Shown here in pieces: positions 51,301 through 63,300 of a DNA stretch of 64,000 nucleotides (its first letter is position 1; the number at the start of each line of letters is the position of its first letter). The translations under genes were made by a program, and so were the position numbers. Location: NCBI GenBank assembly GCA_965655095.1, contig OZ296654.1:49910001-49974000 (forward strand), in the 5' to 3' direction. This stretch comes from Haplodiscus bocki. Taxonomy: Eukaryota. The notes under the pieces were generated by a model. It did no database searches and was not told the origin of the DNA. It saw only the letters and a program-made list of their open reading frames with translations.

Positions 51301-54300
51301 ATTGAGCAAAAAGTAATTGTAGCGCAGTCTGTAACGAAAGAAGTAATCGATTGTGATCATTTTTGACATTTTGCTATGGTATTTGATTCGATTTAACTTA
51401 AGTTACAGCCCCAGTACTAGTCAAAATACTAAAAGATCTATTCCTTTTTGAACTAGGAAGATATTAGCCAACCCCAGAAGAAGACTAAATTAGATTTTAA
51501 GAATTCACTTCACGGGAGATCTGTTTCCGTAAAGTTGAAACTGTTCGGTATAATAATGACATTTCTTTATATTGTTTCAATTTATTGTTTCTCAAAACCA
51601 TTCCGAGTTACAGGTTCACGACATAATTCTATGTTTCTCTGCAGGTATGATGCTCATCACACGGCAGGTGTAGGCAGAAACATTTCTCCAATCAATTCCT
51701 CAGAAAGATCCACTCCAACAAGAGACCTCGGGGCAGCATCATCCTCCACTTTGACCCCTCCTTTGACCTTTAAGGGCGGGTCACAAGGTCCAGGGACACC
51801 CGGAGGCGACAGAGATATACACCATCGCTATCACAACAGACATCAACAGCATTATGAGAAGAATCACAGGTCCACCTCATTTGCATCTGGTCCTTCCCAA
51901 AGAAAAGCGGCTGCAGGAGGAGGAAATGATTATCCTCGTGTGGGGGGAGGAGTCCCAAATACAGGACAAGGTCACATGAGGTCAAGTGATTTCAATACTG
52001 GGGGCGTTGCGTCTTCAAGTGGAAGGAAAAACTCAAAAGGATCATTGATTGCAGGAGACGAAGATGAATTTCCGAATAGATATCAATTATCAGGTACTAA
52101 CTAATACATCATCAGAAACTTTTCGGTGTCAGTAAAATGTAAATGGTGATTCGATTATTTATGTTGCAATTGAACAAAACCCGCTGAGTATTCGTGGTAG
52201 CATCGAGATGATGTATAAGAGTTGCATCGTTCATGCATAGGTTATGTAGGAGTCGTCATTGGTAACAACGTCAATTAAGTTTCAGTTTTCATCAAACTAT
52301 TGCGTTTTCGAACGTTTTGAATATTTTTGAGCCAAGCATCTGTTATATTTCTCAAATTTAAACTCTGGAAGATATATTTATTTTTTAGAATCACATCGCC
52401 TTCCAAAATCCATTCTTGCTCAGACGCGGAGATCCAGCAGTCTGAATGCAGCCGATTCGCCCATTTTTCCAACCGCCCCAGACGACAAGGGCAGAAACTT
52501 TTCCATAGCATCTTCCAATAAATCCTCTGCATTCGTTGACAATAATGATTTAGTCAAAGAAGAAGCCAACAGAAAATATCAACAACAATCAGATGTGACG
52601 TCAAGCAGCAAGACTTCGAGGAGTCTCTCCTCGCCCCACAATGTTTACAACTCTCAAACAGGTTCAGGGGCAAGAGGATCAATCGCGGAGATGGGTAACA
52701 GTTTTGACAGCGGGGGAACAGGAGTAGGTGGGGGAGGATCTGCATCCGGTGTAGGGGGAAGGGGAAGCAGGAAAATGTTGGATGTGACTTCCATCTTTTC
52801 TGAGGAGAGCAACGTATCTAGTCTCAGTGCACAGTCAGCGCCTCTCACTGGCCTGAGTGCTACTGACAAGTCAGCCATCACATTTGTGTCTTCTTCCGCA
52901 GAGTAAGTGTGATGACGTTGGTTAGTTAAAAATGTGTCAGTGGTACTTTCTCAAGTAACAACAACCCGAAAACAGCTCAAGAAGAGTGGCTTTGTTAAAT
53001 TGTAGAATCAAAAAGATTGTTTTAGCCAAGGGCTATCACCAGTTTAGTTTAAAAAAATCTCATAGCGCCGCGGGAAAAACGAGGTCTATGGGGGAAAGAG
53101 ATCGATATTAAAGGTCCATCACGAAGTTTGCAATAAATGACAGTTAAGCAATAAGCAAATTTGGAAACTTTTGAAGTGAATTACAAGATGCTAGCTAAAA
53201 CTGGTATTCGAACGTTAAATACAATATTTTTGTCATGGGCATCCGACTTTGAATCTATCGACATGGAATCTTCGATAGAAAGGTCACAGGTAATGGTTCT
53301 TGCAAAACGGTTTTCATCTTTGACCAACTTTCAACGTTTTATTCAATTGTTTTAATCTTTCTCAGTAGACCAAGAACAGTGACAACCTCATCGGGTTCTT
53401 TGAAACCGTCTCTTTCTGGAGAAGTGAGAAGTCTCAGTCTGAACGAAGACGTGAGTACTTCTGCGGCAGCTGCTGCTGGGTCCGAAGGAGGGGCTGCTGA
53501 CGACAAAGGAGGTAGTCTCAGTGACGGGGGAGTCGCAGATGCCACTACCCCTGGAGGAGGAGGTGAAGAGGGAGCAACAGGAGGGGGTGAAGGAGGCTCT
53601 GCTGGTCAGAAAGAAGGCGAAGAAGGAGCAGTCGCTGCAGCTGCCAATGCAGCTAGTGTCAGTCGCAAAAAGAGACGCCAAAGTGCAGCCAGTAAGAAGT
53701 TTGGAGCGCTCGCCAGATTCTCAAAAAAGAGCAATAGTCTCAATAACCTTGGTGAGTAGTCTTGGTCTGACATCAAGGTGTTTCATAACTTGCTCATATA
53801 CAAGCATCGAATGCATTCTTTGAAAATGCTTCGAGAATTTGACGTTTAAGTTTGAATCTAAGCTTCAGCAGTCTCCTGTTTTGCTGCTTAAAATAAAATG
53901 TCGAAGCCTTCGTGTCTTGCAATGGTTTTGCTTCGTGAATTTTGATCACAATTTGAGTTACATTTGATAAAGTAAACTCAGCGCCTGGTTGGTTATTCAG
54001 TTTTTTCACATTGAATTATGATCTAGTAGCAGTAGTCCCTCAAGATAGTTTATAGTTGTCTATATCAACTCAAGGTAGTTTATAGTTTTTATTATGGAGT
54101 TTATCATAATGGCTCACTGTTCGCATTCAGTTAGTTTATCTTAAATTTCACGTCAATTCCAAAGCGTTTTAATCTTAAAGGGGAAATAGCAGGTATTGTA
54201 GTAAAAATAGTGTTGAATAAAAATGAAATGACAATGTGCTGATTTGCCGCCAAAAAGAAGAGGAAGAGGAAAATGAATTAACTGCGAACAATAAATATGA

Positions 54301-57300
54301 AGACGAGATGGAAAAACAGAGGAAGAGAAGAACCCAGGAGAGTGGTCGAACCAACTATAACTACAGCAACAACCCAGTTGTGCGAATTGGGAAAAATGTC
54401 ACTATTTATCCGTACTCTGTTAACTCCTCGTCGTCTGGGTCAGGGTTTTGGTCTTCAGACGTCACGGCTGTTAGTGGTCGCCGACCTCAAGAGCCCGTTG
54501 GTGCCTATGATTTGAGGGGAGTGGAACAACCACAAAAAGAAGATGGAAAAGAAGAAGTTGTTGGAACAGTTTTAGTCTCTCAAATGGAAGACAGTTTATC
54601 CTTGTTCTCCTATTCTTCAGCAGGAGCAGCTTCTAATGCAAAGGCAGTGATGATGACTTAATTTGAAAAAATGAATCAATTCTGAATTTCAACATTTTAA
54701 TGTCAAGTCTCGCAAATAGGCCAGGAACGCTCAAGTACACACTGCTCGTAATGCTCTATATTTTGAGCGTTGTAACACAAAAAATAATGACGTTTCTCGA
54801 AAAAAAATGGTTCCGAAAGAAAAATTGGTTTGAGCATAAAATGGGAGAAGTATGGTGGACATTTGCGACGTTTCGAGCCCGTATCTATGGTTTAAATTAT
54901 TATGTGCGTCCTTCTAGACACCAAGGATACGATTTGGTTTCGTGATTTTGCCAAAACTTTTGAACCTTGTAGCTCGGGCGAAAAATGCAATAGTCGATTG
55001 TTTACAAAATAGACGACGAAAAATACTAGAGAAGAAAATTAACGGCGTCGGTTCGAAAGTCGGTGATGAAAATTTCAGCTCCAAAAAGCAATGCCTTCAG
55101 GTGGTATTCAATAGATCGCCGAAGCAGCACTCAATTGTCAAGTTCCTTGTGAATTTGAATGTGAGAAATTCGAAATCAAGACAAATTTTGCGTGAAAGTC
55201 AGCATCACTGTTCATCAAAGGGGGGTGCTGGTGGATCTACCGGAAGCGCAGGAGGGGCTGCCAACGCAGACACGAAATCATTGTCATGCAAAAGTGTCGA
55301 CAGTGCGGCGAGTGTAGCGACATCTTATGAAGGAGACAGCGCCAGTACTTTAAGTCGCTATTCTGCTTCTAGCTGTTGTTCAAGCAGTTCTGAACACAAA
55401 AGGAAGACGCGAAGTTCTTCCTCCAATGAAAGCGGAAGTGGAAGATTACCGTTTGGATTGAGACGGAAAAAATCTCAAGGTTAACATCCATTTGACCTCA
55501 AAGAACCCACCTACCTGACCCTTCTCGGAAAAGAGAGAGGTGTCATCCATACCTCGTGCTGTGGCTGACGGTTTGGTTCTTGGAGTGAGACCTCATGATA
55601 AAAGTATCTCATGATCATTGGTGTGTCTAAATCATATTTTGTGGCTGCCTTCTAATCTCGACTGTGCTTGGGGTGGAAGTTTTGCAAGTGACCAAAATCA
55701 AAGGCGACTGAGTCAACAACGAGACAACCTAGAAGGGAAATGCATACTGTTTTCTATCATCATTTTCATCATCCTGATCAATTTCTTTTCGCTTCTGATT
55801 TTGTGTGGTGCCATTCTATAATAACTTTTCTTTTCAGATTTTCTTTTTTCACATTCTGACTACTGAAAGCAAGAAATCAGCTAATGCTCATTTTTTAATT
55901 CTGTTCAAAACTTGCATTTTTTTTACTTCATCTGATACTCTTTTAGGTTGCATGTTATTTGGTCCTATACAATTTCAACATACGCAGTTTAAATTCTTTG
56001 TCATTGCACTTTCAAGCCCGCAATTTCAACGTTTTTCAATAATTTCAAAGTTATTGCGCTCTCTCAAATACCAAGACACTTGAGATCAAGGCACCAACTT
56101 TATCTAATTAAAACAATACGTGCATGAAATTACAAAACGTTATTTAGTTCCATTTTTTAAACTTTTATATTCTATAGTCTCCCTAGACAAAAAACAGAGG
56201 CACAAAGGGCTCAGTGCTAGGATGGCGGCAAGAGCTTCTTTAATTAGCACAGAAAACGTGCAATCAGCTTTTTACTGCAACTTCGGTGCCTCAAGGATTT
56301 GACATAAATCTAAGGTTTTAGAAGTATTCAAACTATATCGATTTTCATTTCTTTGCTGAAAAAATAACAAAAAAATTCTGACCGCAACTAATACATAATG
56401 CGTAAAACATCAGAGTTTCCTTGTTTTTGCAATGCCGAATCGGCCTCATTTTCCGTCCTTGCTGCCAGTATATAGGACTTAGAAGTGACAAAAAATTTGA
56501 AGAAGCTCATTTTCAAGATGTTTGACACAAAACCTATTGGAAAATATTGACAGCGTAATGAAATCATTTATCTGTTATTCTGGAGTGTCATTGTTGAAAG
56601 TTTTCAAAATAGAAGTAGCATGAAGACCTTGGTGTCAAGATAAAGACTTCAACATCTCAAATCTCTCCAAAATACCTGAAAAGAAATCCCTTAATCTTCA
56701 GCAAAAAATAGATCAAAAAATCTGGGACTGCAGCCGAAATTTAGTGTATAATAGACCAGAGTTTCCTCGGTTTGACAATGCAAATTTCAAGCGACACGGA
56801 GCTCTATAGACAGTAATAAACAACTTCTTATGACATGTCACAAAAGTAGCTCGAGTTTCTTTACAAAAACCTATCAAAAACTGTCTGACCGCAACTAAAA
56901 TTTAGTATCTGATAGATTTTTGGAAAAATCAGAAAAGTCCGTCAATTGGGTGAAGAAATATTGAGCTGTGAAGAGAAAAATTTGAGTTGAAAGTGCAACT
57001 GGGAAAAATTGCCTCTTAATTTCCAGTGTGGGGCTGTAAAAAGGCTTCGCTTTCGCCATGCTCGCGTAAAAAAGGAAAAGCATTAACGTTAACTAGCAAT
57101 CACTGATCCAAACACGTAATTTTATTAATTAGGTCTAAATTGCAATAGGTTAAAATTGCGAACGGTTGAAATGACATTATACGAAAAGACCTGACACCAG
57201 TCTAGTGGTGTACTGTAAACAGTCAAAAACTATTTCTTGGACATTTGGCAGGTACTTGTCTGTTTTCGCGCTCTGAATAATGCTAATTTTTTAAAACATA

Positions 57301-60300
57301 GGTCTGAAAAATGAGCATTAGTGTAATAATAGGTCATAATTGGCATATCAAGATTTTGCATATGAGACAGTGTAGCAGGTACTTGTTCGTTTTCACGTTG
57401 TTTGCCTTTGCTGCACTGAAACATTGGCCTGCAAAACGACATAACTTAAAAGACTTGATTGACAGATCATCCTTTTGAGTATGAGACACTGTTGCAGATA
57501 CTTGTCTCAATTCAACTTTTTCAAGCACACTTTTGTGATTGACAGCAGGTGTAGTGACTCTGCTCGCATCCCCAAAAAGTGTCAATCGCATCCCCGATCA
57601 TGGTTTCAAATTTTTCTCGGGATCTTTGATCTCGTCTGATATATCAAAATGCGGTGTTAAGTTCCGCTTCGCCTCTTTATCATCATCATGATCATCGTTT
57701 TTTTTTGCTGCTGGTTTTGCGTGGTGCCAATTTATAACTTTTCTTTTCAGATTTTTCCTTCGTAAACATTCTAACAGAGGAAGAATATTCATTATGACGA
57801 TTAAGCTTTCCTATGAACTTCGCGCATTTTTCGTGGTGATGTCTTCCGAAAAACGGGGCGTGGCCTAATTTTTAAAATTGACTTTTGCAGGTACTTGCTA
57901 ATTTTGGCGTTCTATAATGTGCGAATTTTCAAAATTAGCTTGTTCGAAGTGGCGTGACCTAAAAGGGCATGATTGACATATCAAATAAATCACTAATAGG
58001 CAGTTGTGTAGCAGCAATATTTTATGACCTATCTATAAATTATTTATCAGCTAATTCATCCAGCTCAGAAATTGTTTTCTATTCTCAATTACTCAGTAAT
58101 CTGGATTCCGAAATGTTGCAAAGGAATCGCGGGTTGGAGTTTTACTACTGGATTGTTTTTCTTACACAGGAAATGACCGTTTTTAGAGTTCAATCATAGT
58201 TTCTTCCTGCTGGAATGATTCTGCTTTTCCGCAATTAATTAAGCAAGTCTATAAGGAAGTGGCGGCCTCAGTAAAACACCCATTAGTTTTTCACTTCAAT
58301 AGATCAGATTTTCCAGGTGTTGTTTGCTTCTGCTTGATTGAGATAGATTGGTGAGCAGTATTCATTCATTCAATTCCTAATTGTCGCCAGGCGTGTTCTG
58401 CAAATCTTTTGAGCTAGAATTTGCTCTGCTGCAGACTTCTGTGTTGCAGACTGCAAAAGGCGTGTTTTCCTCAGAAATTAAATCTTGCTAAATCTATTCC
58501 TAAACCTTTTCTTTCAATCTTTTCAATCATCGCCACGGTCATTTACGTCTCAGCTGCTCATAAAATTATTTGAGACGCGGGCGGATTGCAGATGCTTGAA
58601 AAAAAGATATCCTTGTTTAGAAGAAGTTGAATGAATGGGAAGAAAAAAACGAATCAAAACCAGTGATTTTCAGCTAATGTGACTATCAAAAGTGTATTTA
58701 ATTTCTTTTTCATATGTGAACAGCAAGCTGAATGATGATGGATTAACTTTGGCTAACTTTTCTTTTTGAGGCATTAAGCTGTTATGTTTGTAAGGCCTAT
58801 AGATTTTACTTCTTGTCTCCGCATCTTTTTGCAGATCGGTTCGGCTGAGCGATAAAATGAAGCGAATAATTTCTGCTTATTTACTTTGATTCCTATTTAC
58901 TTTCTGTGGCTTCGATAAACTGTTTTTTTTCGCTTCGAAGTTAATAGAAGTGAATGAAAGTAAATTAGTGAAACAAAATATTTTCGCTTCATTTTATGGC
59001 TATTTAAGATCTTTTGTTTTCAACTACATGTAGTTATTGATTCAAATATTCTCAAAGCTGCAATTTAATTCAAATCTCATTTTCCGCTGTTTCATAATTA
59101 CCGGTCAGTTTTCGCTAAATTCGCTCCGTTGTAGTTTTTTTAATATGCCAAATTCTTAGCGCTTAATGCCAAGCATCCTTGTTGCCTATATTTTGCTTTC
59201 TAGTTAGTGTAACGTGTGCTATAATGTGTGTTGCAGATCGTAAACAGAAGATCAGCATCCAGAGAACGGAAGAAGTGGGATTTCACACGGACGAGATTTT
59301 CATGCTGCAGAGGATGGACAGTCAGGAGTCAGCTGGCACTGCTCCCGCCGGACTCACCAATACTACATCCGAGGGAGGATCTCTATCTGGAGCTGCAACC
59401 GGGGCTGCTGCTCAGGCGGGCGCAGGAGGTGCTGGGGGACCGAGACCCACCTCACAAATGGCGTCTGTCGCCGCTGCTCTAATGGCTGACCCGTTAGTGC
59501 TCTTGGAAAGGCCAAAGTTAATGTATGAAAAATTCAAATATTAAGAAAAGCCCTGAAAAGTATCGCAAGCTGACCATAAATTGTCATACGAGAGAAGAAA
59601 AAAATAGAGTTTTCCGATGTTGCACTCCACACCTTACAACGCTGGCAGCAAATAAAACCTACCCATCCCCAAATTGCTGAAAACGGGATCTTGAAAAAAG
59701 TTAATGATAGATTGTAACTTATTACAATCACTATCATTTTAGATTAACTGTATTTTCGAGCTTATAAAAAGCAGCAAATAGTCATACAAGTTTTGAGTAA
59801 CACCACGCGTCCTTTTGAACTTTTTTCGAATATGGAATTTTTCTTCTGAGCCCTCTTTCCTTCATCCGAAGTTCAGTTTTAATATCGATGAACTTGAAAG
59901 TCATTTTAGACCTTTGTTTGAGTGTTCATGAATTGCATTTGTATTCAAATCCAAATCACAAATGTTGGAGTTTTTGGTGGATTTATTGAAGTATTTCAAG
60001 TTTGATTTATTATGGTTTTCTTGTGTAATAGGATGTTGCAATCGCAGTTGCGTCTTCCCCCTGAGCACAAGCTGACTAATTTTGTGGAGGAGTTGGGTCC
60101 TGGTCAGTTGGTGGGCAGACAGGTGTTGGGGTCACCCTGTTTGGGAGACATCCAAGTGGGCTTCTCTGTCAAGAAAGGAATCCTGGAACTGGAAATAATC
60201 AGAGCCAGAAACCTCATGGTCAAACCAGGAGCCAGAGACTACCCCGGTTAGTTTTGTACACGTATTATAGTTTTCTGTATTTTATTTCCTAGCCCTTTCA

Positions 60301-63300
60301 GAAACATTCTAGTCGCACTTCATTGCACTTTATGTATTCGCGTATGCGTGCTATGAGTGAATATTTTTAGTCGGCGCTTTATGAAATGAAGATACCAAGT
60401 ATTCGGGTTGCTTTTTTCGTATGACAGTCACTTCGAACTCGATACAATTTCGCAACAGTTGCATTAATTGACCTGTCGGTTTCTAGGACCTGCCGGCTTC
60501 TAGTTAAGTTGCCACTTTCTTCGAAGGGGGGGGGGCAAATTTTGCAAAACATTAAAGGGTACCTTCTACGAAGTTTTTTGCTACTGTGAGACTAAATTAT
60601 CGAAAAAAATGTGATACCGCCTCATTGGTTTACCGAAAATTTTAGAAGCCAAAGTAAACAGAAGAAAGAAAGTTCCCATTACGATGATGTTATTCGGCAC
60701 TTTGGGACAGAAAATTTTGACCAAAAAAATGATATCCCCTTTGTATATACCAAAAATACTCGCAAATGCTCACTCCGAAAATTTTTGAGATGCCCTTCCT
60801 ACGTGAACACGATTTTAAAACTCCAAAACCAAAGTTGTTTGTTCCCTCGATAATCAGCCACTCTGTTTGTCTTGGTTTGTTTTTCAATGTTGTTGTTTTG
60901 TAGCTCCGTACGTGAAGGTGTATCTGATGAAGGGAAAAGTGTGTGTTGCCAAAGCCAAAACGAAATCAGCCAGAAAGACTCTGGACCCTCTCTACCAGTC
61001 TCAGCTCACGTTCGAACAAGACCCCGCAGGAAAACTCATTCAGGTGCGTACTCACTCCATCTGTAGGTTCGATCGCAATTGTAGCAAACCTAACTCCCCA
61101 AGGGTTAGTTGTACGAAATGTTCAATGTAGAAGGCTGAACCCTTCGTTGTAAATTTAAGCGAATTCATGTCACTGAGCTGTTTGTAGCCGTTCCAACTAA
61201 AATATTTTTGTTTTATATGGCAACACATTCCATCCCGAAAATATCGATGATCAATAGAGCAAAATTCTCGAAATGTTTCCAATTGGTGATATGTAACAAT
61301 TCATTTTCGAGTTTATGGGGCAGAAGAATAATATAACCTGTCAAAAATTGGATCTGTAGTCAGGTAAAGATGTGTTTCAATTTTGTTTCGTTTATTACTA
61401 AGCTAGAAAACGCCAGCGTTTACAGTCGACCCGAGTTTTTTGTATCAATTATAACTCGCACAAGATGATATCGATAAATCTAGTCAAAATCAGGGATTAT
61501 ATAGTTAGTGGTTAATGGCTACAGCCATGTGCGCATAGCTACTCCGACCGTCCAGGTTCGAATCCCATCCCAGCCAAAGTTTTATTACGCTGAATATCTC
61601 TTCTCAATTTGGCATCTTTTCTGGAAACATGACCTAATTTCAGAATTGGAAGAAATGAGTTCTGCATTGACGAATTCTTCTCGCAAGTTCACTCCAAATT
61701 GAAATTTTCTGAATTTCTTGACCATTTTCTCCGAGATTTCAAATTATAACAAAAATGTTTTGTGTCTTTTTTGAAACGGCTAATATTTAGACCGTTGAAG
61801 ATAGTTTTGCTAGTTTGGCCCCATTTTTCACTTTTTCCCCTACCACGTCAAATTTTTGCGATTTTTGCATTTGTAAAAAGACCGATGAATATCATAAATT
61901 TGATGTACAAAAGTTTCTTATTTTTACTGCTTTTTTAAGCAACTGTCACTCTTTTGGCTTGAGATTAATCTTTTTGAATTTTCATGCAGCTTAAACTAGT
62001 CGATATTTTGGAGTTTTTTGGGGCTTTTCCATTGGTTTAAATGGCGTTTTTGATGCTATAAATTAGAACAGTATAGCTAAAATCGTGTTCTACTGAAAAC
62101 TTTTGGACTTTTGCCTTTATTATCAAAGATCTTGCTACTTGGCCAAACTTTTATAATACAGAAGTAAAAATATCGCCTAATACTGGAAGAAGTTTCATAG
62201 TTGTTCTTGAGGGAAGTTTTTCGTGGCTTAAAAGTAAACAAGAATTAGCTGATTTTTTAGTCCTGTGGAACTTTCGTCTGGTGGCCATATAATTTTGGTT
62301 TTCAGGTGCAGGTATACTGAAAACCAATATGACATGACATTTTTCATTTATACATTAAATATTAAACTTTTTGCAAGATGGTCATTTCTAACGTTTTCTT
62401 GTCCGCAGAATAAGCTAAATTTACGATAATTACATGGTTTTTCTCGATTGCCATCCAATTCGTTTTTTTGATTACGAATCAATCTAAACTAAACTTGTTT
62501 TTTTTTTAGAAATCTATCTCTTCGGAGTTTTCATGCCAAAAGGTTCTTTTTGTGCTCCATTGTCAGCCTGAAACGGCGTTAGTTGCGACTTTTCGTACAG
62601 TTCTTGTTCTTTTGCTACAATTAAATCAGATACGTTTGAAACACTAGTGCTACCTTATGTTTGGTGCGGTTCTCGATTAAAATACCCCAGATGTAATGTC
62701 TTTTTTTTTCATGGAAATTAATGACCTTTTCCTTGTCAATAAAACCTTGCAGTCTTGAGCAAGATTCCCAGAAATGGTTTTTAGACAGTCTGACAAATTT
62801 CAGTTTTTTATTGTGGTAGAATTTTTGTTGCGATCATCTCGGAAGTTTTCATTTTGTTCTCGACAAGTTTTACCCGCTATTTATTGTTATGGCTGTTCCA
62901 AATTTTCGGAAAACTGAAGGAATTTATTTTGGCTGCGTTGCGAAGCTCTGCTTCGCCTCTGTTACACTTGCGCAAGCAAGTGTGATATGACAGGCTTTTG
63001 TTTGTTTCCTGATCTGTTCACAACTCTGTTGTTCCTAGGTTGTATTGTTCCTAGTTTTAGTTCATACGCTCGCGCTTCCAAAAATTTATTCATGCGCTCT
63101 AGCGCAGTTGCAAAAATTTGTTAGCGTGGCAGATTATTTTCCAGCGTGCGTGCTTGTTTTAAATATACAAAGAGTTAACTGAGTCAATCAAATTTCCGTT
63201 TAATTGTTTAATCCATAGTTTTCGTAATACGGTGGCACCTTCCAAAATCAGTTATACTTGTTCGATTAGTTCACTAGTTTTCCGTTGGGGCAAGTATTGC

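Noticed and set aside
56300-57100. Repeated CTGACCGCAACTA motif region as a gene
   Set aside because: Only short matches and no sustained ORF; probably an old repeat
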